Source: an uncultured virus (IMG/VR IMGVR_UViG_3300028384_001589)
Lineage: Duplodnaviria > Heunggongvirae > Uroviricota > Caudoviricetes
IMG/VR virus record: IMGVR_UViG_3300028384_001589
Length of the DNA: 64,000 nt
Reading direction: 5' to 3' (one strand)
The notes under the pieces were generated by a model. It was not told the DNA's origin, made no database searches, and saw nothing but the letters and a program-made list of their open reading frames with translations. Position numbers and translations under genes: made by a program. Positions 50,801 through 58,391 of the stretch are shown one piece after another; within the stretch, counting starts at the first letter, position 1, and each line of letters starts with the position of its first letter.

Positions 50801-51074
50801 AGACTTGACCGCCATAGCGTACAACGTCATTTACTTTGTAATATGTACCCGGAGTCCATTGGTCTACCCATTGTACACCGTCTGTCATTTGTGTCCACTT
50901 AGGCAGTGTTTGATTTAGATAGTCAATGTAAAAGTCTGGATCTGATGTGTGACCATTCAAACAAACAAAGGTTTTACCACCATAACTTACAATATCATCT
51001 TTAATATATTGCTTAGAAGTCTGCCAAGCACCAGTCCATCTAAATCGGATTCTGTCAATTTTAAATTCAGCCAT
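44817..51074 (-). CDS. Large virion fibre protein B (2085 aa), paralogue of fibre A with extra modules
   Basis: Start MAEFKIDRIRF matches MAEFKLGRIRF. Contains CBM5/12-like repeats, two cupredoxin-like inserts and Asp-box repeats (RSTDGGGTW, ESVDDGASW). Confidence 0.82.
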   Translation of the reverse strand: MAEFKIDRIRFRWTGAWQTSKQYIKDDIVSYGGKTFVCLNGHTSDPDFYIDYLNQTLPKWTQMTDGVQWVDQWTPGTYYKVNDVVRYGGQVYAAIVGHTADPYTVPEGSTTITVTVDRDSGSITDTGRANTSTGAIFLNGTERNIITIRKGHTYLFDQTDQSNVDFGGQEHPLRFSVYEDGVNPDTPLIDYWDIGTNLVYFIDGIETTESVYLSSFATASDRKIRLTVPADAPDKIYYFDGTPDSKDKGAYLNIETPGEIGIDDFGNWKLVVSDQNWRYEWLPQVIYRIGDVVKYGGIVYRCTVEHTSSTTITGLELDSTKWTVVTRSDQWKDYWKPRTRYVADDVVRYGGIIYRCVIGHLSANDDALGLEEDMPGAPNNAWEILIDGIDYKGHWVASRDITSEGITGGIVTVTSHGLTTGDLVQYTTTGTDGDGLSDNTYYYVRNVTVDTFKLYRRLNDALADRSNLEAEAGDGTEIFVKKEKYKKGDILRYGPTIWYCNTGHNSGTTFAESFFDIWLPGYEYEQQWVESATYQPGDIVKYGGYSYTSLTINTNSIPSVNGITQDTGDWELLTQGYRMGGQINQNPDLQEEASYWDSGTSYQTGDVVRFGGYLYIALRDNTGAEPDDQSSTVDVTITVGNPGNGNKYYVNGTVGGNIDLYEGNTYRFLQNDSSNLTHPLYLSTSIDGHHDGGQYNYLDNGVTYWLDGVQVADAAAYDSGFSAATERYVQYIVPRDAYKANYLVCYNHSAMYQDDQGNDGTLTTIYSNNQWLTLIDGDRFRGNWKETVIVNASPETNSYFLGDIVTYNGTLYRCIKRHEASNSGSRPDLDIEYTQENFWVTVAEGGVNNVLQYRGDIRTHDGTDHARVGIGNPGDSFKVMANDDLAWESLEQTENVYYVSPDGVDANSAGRGLTPTAPFKTIKYATQYILEDEGTRAPATILVKTGRYQEICPISVPANVAIVGDELRSTFVEPTPETNDQDMFRVRNGCGIRNMTLSGLQGEFTDPDQYLIKRVTGGAFVALDPGEGPDDETVWITTKSTYVQNVSTFGNKCVGMKVDGTLHNGGNKSIVANDFTQIIQDGIGYWCNADGLSELVSVFTYYCYVGYLCTEGGKVRATNGNNSYGEYGSVAIGFNNDETPITAKVNNYSKEAEIGKVYNDENKLFAVGYTNTGNHYTQGTVTITGSGENAAGKLTEFRNGSVTEIRITDPGDSSTPGGDNYTYANNRAQGGNATEIQIANQDVNNEEYYLDKLITIVEGEGRGQYGIITSYDWNNGGVLGWNVTSAADPTLAEGQYTGIKGASSDTDATEPTFTVNIDALGVVTLTLEDEGTRNSEGDIITINPTQVGNSGNPITIEITAVSAGSKTVTVKRPIDNQPGWQHLLPGEPIATVLDETTRYEITPYISFSAPPYNSSNATVQTGSNFKDSAVKLVDGTYRTVLVGTNTIMWTEDGTSLTEATSYADLNYVAVAGGQTQYVAIDGNGRVKQSNDATSWGDSPNNLLSFGVTFVGLEYGNGTHIAIASGTQNIYRSTDGGGTWSQVTAGVSGAQWIVYGNGKWIIANGSGDTWESVDDGASWSAGQNIGDVQHDLADLRFGNGRFVASTYDSPNDISTVNNKFFYSFTDASISHNDTVWLAGEDTNVADNVLINYCQGVFLGVTESGSIIQSEDGVYWTDKGTVSGSYDKMLFGVTDSGPIFYPINTSSTLSSIEYVQTGATTRATVELGTRRITQFYIQEPGSGYGNNPPTLTIVDDDNTREVTYDVRMRNGTVGPIEFTNRGTGYINIGVTVTGDGYADLYQLGDKLVVKELTREPGPGDNLYIDEINDIFYAIQGVSDLTGTEGNFDATLSISPTLGRAESPEHETNLTIRQQYSQVRLTGHDFLEIGKGNLYNSQYPLLTPIEGYDVREFQETDNGGGGRVFYTSTDQDGNFRVGELFKVEQSTGIVSLNASYFELDGLSELRLGGVTLGGTNAVIREFSVDPTFTANSNEIVPTQKAIAGYIDSRISGGGTNVNVNAVISGEVRVQGNNISSEANRKININTQMNFEKPIDGDMAALTYFVQGTNFGLIDEGDPTTPQEAGAGK

Positions 51075-51107
51075 TTATTTTTCCGTTTCTATTACTGTAT
51101 TTAACCA

Positions 51108-51476
51108 TTATGGTGATACCCCATCTGGAAAATCATAATCTTGATTAATTCTAATTACTAAGTTTCCTTCATCGTCTATGTAATAAACTAAGTTTCTATC
51201 GTCCCATCTAAACTGTTCGTAGCGTAAGTTTTCAAATGAAATTTCATGCTCTTCGTCTCTACCTTCAAAAAACTCAATTCCTCTTTGAAAGTCTGGATAG
51301 TTTTGTACAGGATCTCCGGGTTGGTTAACTTGTACACCATCCGAACTTTTCATTTGATCTGATTTTACCAAGTATAGTTCGCCGTCTTGTGTTCTTCGTA
51401 GGCCATAAAAGTATCTACTACCCTTAACTGTTTTAAGGATTGTTCCTACTTCTGTACCTTGATAAAAACTTGCCAT
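51108..51476 (-). CDS. Hypothetical virion protein (paralogue of 52968-53429)
   Basis: RYFYGLRRT.DGEL, EFFEGRD and NL.YEQFRWDD are shared between the two. Confidence 0.75.
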   Translation of the reverse strand: MASFYQGTEVGTILKTVKGSRYFYGLRRTQDGELYLVKSDQMKSSDGVQVNQPGDPVQNYPDFQRGIEFFEGRDEEHEISFENLRYEQFRWDDRNLVYYIDDEGNLVIRINQDYDFPDGVSP

Positions 51477-51486
51477 AATCTATTCC

Positions 51487-52950
51487 TTAACTTACAATAT
51501 TAATTGTATTCCCCATATTACTATGTGCTGAACATTGATAGTACAAAGTACTTGGTGCATTCATTGGCACTGTGAATACAATGTATCCATTTCCTGCATT
51601 GTTGTTAACAACGCCTGTGTTATATGCCGCACCGCCATTTGATACTCTGATTTCAAATGGGTGTGAACCACCACTGTTATTATTAAAATAATAAGTCATT
51701 CCACGCATCAAGTATAAAACCGGATCGTTTGTGGTTGTTGGAAATCCTGGGCCAGTAAATGTATAATCACTTGATCCATTTGCTCCAAGTGTCCAAGTAA
51801 TACTTGCACCATTTAATGGAGCATAACTTGTACCATTAAATCCAATATACGATCCTCTAACTGCATTTGCTGTGGTTACATCACTTAATTCATTTAACGC
51901 TGTTGCACCAGTTGTGCCATTAAAATTAATTGTTAATGTACCTGCATCCATTTCAGTTACAATATCAGTACCGCCTGCAATAGTTAATGTATCTGTTAAA
52001 CCACTTGCTGTTGTTGAACCTGTATCACCTGCTACTGTTGCAAACAAGTTTTGGTCTGTTGATTGATCAACAACAAATTCTAATCCATCACCCGCTGAGT
52101 TCACTTTAACAAATCTATTTGCCGCGCCAGTAAATGCACTTGGAGTATCTGTTAAGTTTAAGAACGCTCCGCCAAATAATGTTGGAGTGTTTGTAAAGTT
52201 TGTGTAATCTAAAAAGTGTGCAGAGTCAAATCCATCAAGTGTATCAGCATCTAATCCCGAACCACCTGATGCAATATCAGCACCTGGTGCCCATTGTGAT
52301 CCGTCCCACTTAAGAACATCACCTGTGCTCGGAGACGAAGTTGAAACATTACTTAATGCGCCAATTGCAATATTGCCGACTTCTGCCGCTGTAACAGCAT
52401 CACTAAATTCAAGTCCTGTACCCCCCGAATTAACTCTAACAATTTTTCCATTTGCACTTGTATAATTTGTTGGGGAATCAGTTAAGTCTGTAAATGCAGA
52501 CGCACCGCCGCCACCACCGGATACTGTGCCTGGTCCCCATTGTCCTGCATCATTATCCCAAACAAGTGCTTGACCATCTGTTGCCGCTGTAGCAGATACA
52601 TTACCCAAGTCACCAAGGTCACTTGTTGTATCTAACATTTTATTCCAGGAGTTGTTGTGAGCGTAATATACTGCCGCATCAGCAGTTACTTTTGCCAACA
52701 TACCATCATAAGTTGTAGGATTAGGTAGTGCACCAAATGTAGGATATAGGAAAGTGATTTTGTTACTACCTGTTGATGTTGGTGGAAAACTATTTAAAAC
52801 GTTATTAGAAATAACTGTTAATTGATCTCCGTCTCCTAATGCTGTGTACAACTCATTAAAGTTGTTATTAATTTTTGTAGCACCTGCCCTTAGGTTATCA
52901 CCTTGACCATCGTTGGGCAAAATTCCTACGTTTACTACTTGTTTTGTCAT
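51487..52950 (-). CDS. Fibre/baseplate protein with T4 gp9/gp10-like N-terminus and C-terminal cupredoxin-like domain
   Basis: KQVVNVG..PNDGQGDNLRAGATKINNNFNELY, L.DL.NV...G..L.WD repeats, and HPF...TLYYQCSAHSNMG. Confidence 0.78.
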   Translation of the reverse strand: MTKQVVNVGILPNDGQGDNLRAGATKINNNFNELYTALGDGDQLTVISNNVLNSFPPTSTGSNKITFLYPTFGALPNPTTYDGMLAKVTADAAVYYAHNNSWNKMLDTTSDLGDLGNVSATAATDGQALVWDNDAGQWGPGTVSGGGGGASAFTDLTDSPTNYTSANGKIVRVNSGGTGLEFSDAVTAAEVGNIAIGALSNVSTSSPSTGDVLKWDGSQWAPGADIASGGSGLDADTLDGFDSAHFLDYTNFTNTPTLFGGAFLNLTDTPSAFTGAANRFVKVNSAGDGLEFVVDQSTDQNLFATVAGDTGSTTASGLTDTLTIAGGTDIVTEMDAGTLTINFNGTTGATALNELSDVTTANAVRGSYIGFNGTSYAPLNGASITWTLGANGSSDYTFTGPGFPTTTNDPVLYLMRGMTYYFNNNSGGSHPFEIRVSNGGAAYNTGVVNNNAGNGYIVFTVPMNAPSTLYYQCSAHSNMGNTINIVS

Positions 52951-52967
52951 ATCCTACTCCTACTCTC

Positions 52968-53429
52968 CTATGTTTGGTCGTATGTAATATTGTTATTGTC
53001 TAATGTAAGGTTAGTGTTATCCCATTCTCTATCACTGTCTGTAATAGTGATTGTATCACCTGCATATGTAACTGCACCATCATTAGGCCCTTGGTTAATT
53101 CTTACAACAAGTTCACCTTCGTCATTGACGTAATAAAATAAATTTGCATCGTCCCAACGAAATTGTTCATAATTTAAATTCTTGTATGTTAGATTATGTG
53201 CAGAATCTCTTCCTTCAAAAAATTCTGCGCCTTCATCAAATTCTGTAAAGTTGTCAACTGGATCACCTTCTTTATTAATTGCAATAGTGTCAGTCAAACT
53301 TAACTGATCAAGTTTTCCTAAAAATAGTTCACCGTCATCGGTTCTACGCAAACCATAAAAATATCTTTCGCCAAGATTATCTTCAATAGTCTGTGTAATT
53401 GTTTGACCTGTGTACCATTGATTTGACAT
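52968..53429 (-). CDS. Hypothetical virion protein (paralogue of 51108-51476)
   Basis: Same motifs as 51108-51476 plus a C-terminal WDNTNLTLDNNNITYDQT tail. Confidence 0.75.
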   Translation of the reverse strand: MSNQWYTGQTITQTIEDNLGERYFYGLRRTDDGELFLGKLDQLSLTDTIAINKEGDPVDNFTEFDEGAEFFEGRDSAHNLTYKNLNYEQFRWDDANLFYYVNDEGELVVRINQGPNDGAVTYAGDTITITDSDREWDNTNLTLDNNNITYDQT

Positions 53430-53430
53430 A

Positions 53431-53760
53431 TTATACTATCTCCACAAAACTCATTACGCAGTCAAGACTTCCGTCAATGTCTGCTTGTACATACAAAATA
53501 TTTGTTGCGGCTAAAATAATTTTCTCACCGCCGTTTAAAACTTTAAGTGTTGAATTTGGTGGAATCAACACATCTTTTAAGTAGTATCCTGTTACAGAAG
53601 TGTCATCTGCAATTAAAACATTTGCACTAACCACTGACGAGGTTAAGTTTGCTAAACTCAAACCAATTACAGTTGCCCTTGTACTTGGACCTACTTCATA
53701 GATCGGTACTTGAACTGTTCCTATTTCTTTTACTACTTTATTTTTAAAAAACGTTGCCAT
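53431..53760 (-). CDS. Small virion adaptor-like protein
   Basis: MATFFKNK, Y.V....ATVIGLSLAN, IPPNSTL...GGEKIIL and S.VEI. Confidence 0.7.
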   Translation of the reverse strand: MATFFKNKVVKEIGTVQVPIYEVGPSTRATVIGLSLANLTSSVVSANVLIADDTSVTGYYLKDVLIPPNSTLKVLNGGEKIILAATNILYVQADIDGSLDCVMSFVEIV

Positions 53761-53764
53761 TCTA

Positions 53765-56700
53765 TTATCCTATCGTCACTGCCATTTTAATTGCAATTTC
53801 TTCTGCGTCCTGTGCTGATACAGCACCTGAACTACCTGCAACCGAAACCCACTGACCAGTATTGTCATAAAGTTCAACCCTGTCATCCTGTGTGTTAAAA
53901 CGCATCATTCCTGTTTCTGGTGTTGGATGTCTATTTGACAAATCACCAACTGGAATAACAAACCCGCCTGTTCCTTCAATTTTGAAGTAACCATTTCCTG
54001 TTTGGGCAAGGGTTGTAACTGCACCGGCTACAGTATTAGTTATCGAATTTTGATTGAAACCAAAATTTTCAACAAGAACTCGTCCTGTTCCATTTGCTCT
54101 AAGGTTCAAATCAGCGTTTGTAGTAACAGTTCTTACAGTATTTCCTTCAATTTCAATGTCATCTACTGCTAATTTTTCAACATTGAAACGTGTTTGATTA
54201 ACGTCTGCAACCAATTGCCCACCAGCATAAAAATATAATGTATCGTCGTCTGCACCTGGTGTTTGCTCTGCTAAAATATATGTATCTTGATCAACATCAC
54301 GAACTCCGTTAAGTGTAATCCATTGTCCGTCATAACCTTCAAACACATCTGTGTCTGTGTTATAACGTAGCATACCAACTGCTGGAGTACCTGGACGTTG
54401 TGCTGTTGTACCTCTTGGTAATGTTAAACTACCAGTTGAATTAATGTCAACCGTTTCACTGCCTGGATCAAGAATCATATCTCCTGTTGATGAAATAATA
54501 TTTGTTTTAAAACTTAAATCGTCAACTTTAATTGATCCTGTACCACTTGCACGTAATTCTAAATCTTGGTTTGTGTTTGTAGTTTGAATTACGTTTGTGT
54601 TAATATTAATGTCGTCAATTTGTGCTTCGCCAGCATACAATTTACGCCATTCGTTTGTTGCTGTACCTAAAGTAAATGTTCCATCTTCACTTGGTACAAG
54701 ATTACTTGCAATACCTGCAACAATTTCAATACTATCAGTTGCTTCGTCACCTATTGTAATATTACCGCCAATAGTAACATCACCTGTTACATCAAGGTCG
54801 CCTGTAATATTAACATCGTCTGAAAAATTAACTATTCCGCTTTGTGCATCAATGTTTAAGTCACCACTTAAACTTTCAACAGTATTACCGCTTAGTCTAA
54901 TATTGCCTGTTTGAATTTTGTCTCCGTCGATAATTGTAGTCGACGAACCTGTGCTAAATCTTACACTTTGTAATGTATCAATGTTAAAGTTTGCATTTGT
55001 AAAGTTGACTGTACCATCTGCTTGATTAACATGGAAAACATCACCTACTCTAAAATCACCTTTATGGTCAACTGAACTAAAGTAAACATTTGCTTCGTTT
55101 AGTTTTGTAACTTCTTGACTTTGAATTACTGTTGTTGGATCGTTATCAACTTCTTTACCGTTGCCAATGTATGCAAGGTTTTGAGAGATAAGATACATAA
55201 CAACACCATTACCATCTCCGTAAATACCATAATTACCGTAAACACAAGCACTACCTATTGAACGTATTTCACAACCAAAGTCTGAAAAGTCTGCTAATTC
55301 AATTCCTGTAGCATATGCTCCGCCACCAAAGCCAATGTTTTGTAATACAATAACATCATCTTCAAAAGTGCTTGAACTATCTACACCATTAAATCTTAAA
55401 AGTATTCTTGAATCTGTATCATTTGAAACTTCATTTAATGGCGGTGTGTAAGATCCTAATGTATATCTTGCAACTGCTGATAGTCTAAAGTCGTCAACGT
55501 GTCCGTCCCAGAAAGATGATGCATTGAAAGCCGAGCCAATTAATAAAGGTTTGCTTGATCCTATGTCTGAACTAAATGCATTATCAGAATCAACTCTTGT
55601 ACCATTTACATATAAATTTATTGTTGACCCTGTTCTTGTTACAGCAACGTGTGTCCACGTTGTTGTTGATAATAATCCACCACTTAATAGTTCTGCACCA
55701 TTGTAATAAACTTTAACAACACCAGCATCTGCATAAAGATATAAACCAGTGTCAGTTGCAGTACCTGCTCTCATGTCAACAAGTGCTCTTGTTCCTGTTA
55801 CACTATTTGCATAAAACCAACCTTCAATTGTAAAGTCGCCTGTGCCAAATCCAAAGTCTGGATCTGTAGCAACTGAAATGTAATCACCTGTACCATCTAA
55901 TAATAAAGAACCTGTACCAAACTTTTTAATTGCTGTATCAATTTGTGCATTGTCTACTGCAACAACAGTTTTTCCGCCACGTTCGTATTTTGTTTCTAAT
56001 CCTGAAACGTTATTATTTAGATAGATGTAATTTCCATCAACTTCATTTACTGTTGCATTAACAACTGTACCTTGTGAATCTGTATATTGAAATACTTCTC
56101 CTGCTGTTGGTGTTCCTACAAGTCCACTTAATTTAACTTTTGTACGTCCAGTACCTTTTAATCCATTAGTACCGTTTTCGCCAAATATTGCTTTGTCAGC
56201 AAAGTATACAAATGAGTTAAGCCATTCTATTCTTGCACCATTTGTTGCATAAAGGCCAACTGCTCCTGGTGTAATAAATGTTACGCTGTGGAACAGCATA
56301 CTTGCTTCTCTTGAGTTTGCTGTTGCTTGTTCACCATCAAGTTTTGCACCTCTACCTGCATCGGCTTGGTCAAATCCTCTTGGATCACTTGCTGATGTTA
56401 CACTACCTTTTGTAATTACGCTAACATTTTTAATGTAAGGTGATCTTGATGTTACTTCAAAATTATTTGCAAAACTAAATGCCCAGCCTGTATCATTTAT
56501 ACTGTCATAGTAAAAATCTGCAACAGTTAAATTCATTATACTTGATTCACCTTGTAGCACAAAAGCGTTGTTGTTATTTGTACCTGATGTTGGTATAACT
56601 TTTACTGATCTAATCCCTTCACCAATAATTGTAACACCTGCTGGAACATTTAGTGGAAATACTTCTTCGTACTCACCAGGATAAATGTGAATTGTGTCAC

Positions 56701-57475
56701 CTGTACTTGCTACACTCAATGCTTGAGCAATAGTTAAGTATGGATCTTGTGGATGTTCTCCGCTGTGTGCATCGTCACCGTTTTTAGCAACATAAAAAAC
56801 ATTTCCTGGAGTTAGTGTTAGATCTAAATCTCCAATAGTAAGACCAGCAGTTGTAATACTTGTTGCTGTTAAATCATTAAAATAACCGTGTGCCCACTTC
56901 TTAGTAGAATTACCAATTGTGTATGTATTTGTTACGTCTGGAATTAAGTCAGACGCAATGTCTGCATTAATTGTAACTGTGTCAGTATCTTGGTCACCAA
57001 TGGTGATATCACCATCTGCACTGATGTTTCCAGTAGCGTGTAAATTACCTGTAACGTTTGTGTTACCATAAAAATTAATTGTACCTGTACCATTAGGACG
57101 AAACTCTAAGTTTTGATTAGTTCCTAATGTACGGATTACACTACCGTCAATTTCAATATCATCTACCTGTAATCTATCCTGATAAATTACACTGTTTGGT
57201 GTAGCAATATTGAATATTGATTGTGTAGTAGAAATAGTATTAGTACCACCGTCAATAGTAATATTACCGATAGGTAATGTGGTATCTAAAATATCTAATG
57301 TTTGAATTCTTGCTGATCCGTTAACGTCTAATTCCGCTTGTGGAGATGCAGTCTTAATTCCTACTCGGCTATTATTAACATCTAAGTAAAGTAGATCCGT
57401 TTCAAATGCTAAATCCACGCCTTGACGCAGTAGATTTGCCTTTAAGAGCGGACCAGATATACGACCAACTGCCAC
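53765..57475 (-). CDS. Large fibre protein C with LamG (concanavalin A-like) insertion
   Basis: True start is probably GTG at 57475 (AGGAGA RBS; MAVGRISGPLLKANL matches paralogue MSLGRISGPLLKANL). LamG motifs GDFTIEGW, WTHVAVTR, LYVNG and DDFR at about 55390-55960. Confidence 0.82.
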   Translation of the reverse strand: MAVGRISGPLLKANLLRQGVDLAFETDLLYLDVNNSRVGIKTASPQAELDVNGSARIQTLDILDTTLPIGNITIDGGTNTISTTQSIFNIATPNSVIYQDRLQVDDIEIDGSVIRTLGTNQNLEFRPNGTGTINFYGNTNVTGNLHATGNISADGDITIGDQDTDTVTINADIASDLIPDVTNTYTIGNSTKKWAHGYFNDLTATSITTAGLTIGDLDLTLTPGNVFYVAKNGDDAHSGEHPQDPYLTIAQALSVASTGDTIHIYPGEYEEVFPLNVPAGVTIIGEGIRSVKVIPTSGTNNNNAFVLQGESSIMNLTVADFYYDSINDTGWAFSFANNFEVTSRSPYIKNVSVITKGSVTSASDPRGFDQADAGRGAKLDGEQATANSREASMLFHSVTFITPGAVGLYATNGARIEWLNSFVYFADKAIFGENGTNGLKGTGRTKVKLSGLVGTPTAGEVFQYTDSQGTVVNATVNEVDGNYIYLNNNVSGLETKYERGGKTVVAVDNAQIDTAIKKFGTGSLLLDGTGDYISVATDPDFGFGTGDFTIEGWFYANSVTGTRALVDMRAGTATDTGLYLYADAGVVKVYYNGAELLSGGLLSTTTWTHVAVTRTGSTINLYVNGTRVDSDNAFSSDIGSSKPLLIGSAFNASSFWDGHVDDFRLSAVARYTLGSYTPPLNEVSNDTDSRILLRFNGVDSSSTFEDDVIVLQNIGFGGGAYATGIELADFSDFGCEIRSIGSACVYGNYGIYGDGNGVVMYLISQNLAYIGNGKEVDNDPTTVIQSQEVTKLNEANVYFSSVDHKGDFRVGDVFHVNQADGTVNFTNANFNIDTLQSVRFSTGSSTTIIDGDKIQTGNIRLSGNTVESLSGDLNIDAQSGIVNFSDDVNITGDLDVTGDVTIGGNITIGDEATDSIEIVAGIASNLVPSEDGTFTLGTATNEWRKLYAGEAQIDDININTNVIQTTNTNQDLELRASGTGSIKVDDLSFKTNIISSTGDMILDPGSETVDINSTGSLTLPRGTTAQRPGTPAVGMLRYNTDTDVFEGYDGQWITLNGVRDVDQDTYILAEQTPGADDDTLYFYAGGQLVADVNQTRFNVEKLAVDDIEIEGNTVRTVTTNADLNLRANGTGRVLVENFGFNQNSITNTVAGAVTTLAQTGNGYFKIEGTGGFVIPVGDLSNRHPTPETGMMRFNTQDDRVELYDNTGQWVSVAGSSGAVSAQDAEEIAIKMAVTIG

Positions 57476-58391
57476 CTTATTCTCCTTTAAGCGGGGATCA
57501 TTTTGTCCCTCTAACCTGTTTTGACCTTCCCAATCGCTGGTTAACCACGGTTTGTCCTGCAACGGCTTGGTCGGCCATTGTTGCATTAATAGTATTTAGC
57601 GTTTTTTGGATATTACCCGAGTATTATGTTCCAAAGGAAGTTCACATCTTCGGCGTATTCTTCAGTAACAGACTCACCGCCACCAGCCGCTAAAACCCAC
57701 TGTGTTCCGTTCCAACTTTCAAGGTATCCTCTGTCTGTGTTATAACGTGTTGCACCTGTTTCTGGGTTGCTTGGACGTTGGCTGTCATCACCAAATGGAA
57801 CAACAATACCCATAGTTTGATCAAACTTCAAGTATGAATATATGTCTGCTAATTGGAATGTAAATGCACTGTTTAGTGTGTTAGTAATTGTGTTATCTTT
57901 GAAAACAAGATCTTCTTGTCCAATAGAACCCAATCCATTAGATCTAAAAGAAATATCTGCATTAGGTGTAGCACTTGTTATTGTATTTCCGTCAATACTA
58001 AGTGTGTTTTGTGAGTCAAATCTGTTTGTTTCAAGAATTTGACCATTTAATAATGTATTGGTTGCTCCGCCTGTCACAAATCTAAATTCATTGTTTTGTA
58101 AATCAAAGAACGTGTCTCTGTCAGTGTCGTATACTCCAGGGAAACTTACATTACCTCCACTGTATCCTTCAAAAATACCAATCGAACTGTTGTAACGTAT
58201 ATCACCTACGTTATCTTTTCGTTGTGCATTTGTACCCACAGGAAGTTGAATACGTGTTGTACTGTCTATAGTAAGTTTTGTATTAGGTTGTAACTGCAAA
58301 TCGTCTATGTAAGATCCTAAAATATTACTTCGAGCAGTAATATTATCAAAAACTACATTTCCTGTACCACTTGCACGTAATTCTAAATCTT
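54536..58391. repeat. 32-nt perfect repeat shared by fibres C and D (54536-54567 and 58360-58391)
   Basis: TCCTGTACCACTTGCACGTAATTCTAAATCTT is identical in both genes and encodes DLELRASGTG. Confidence 0.85.
57476..57590 (-). promoter_or_regulatory. Candidate structured 5' leader of fibre C
   Basis: About 115 nt, GC-richer than its surroundings, between late promoter CTAAATA (57593-57599) and the RBS. Stems TGCAAC/GTTGCA, TGG-TTAA-CCA and GGGA/TCCC. Confidence 0.5.

Noticed and set aside
57490..57560. c-di-GMP-I riboswitch (GGACAAACC...GGGACAAAA resembles GGCAAACC...GGGACGCAAAGC)
   Set aside because: The GNRA/receptor stems and spacing do not fit by eye. Left as an unassigned structured leader pending cmscan.
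57476..57586. 37-aa N-terminal extension of the 1273-aa ORF
   Set aside because: The paralogue start and a strong RBS point to GTG 57475, so the region is treated as leader.
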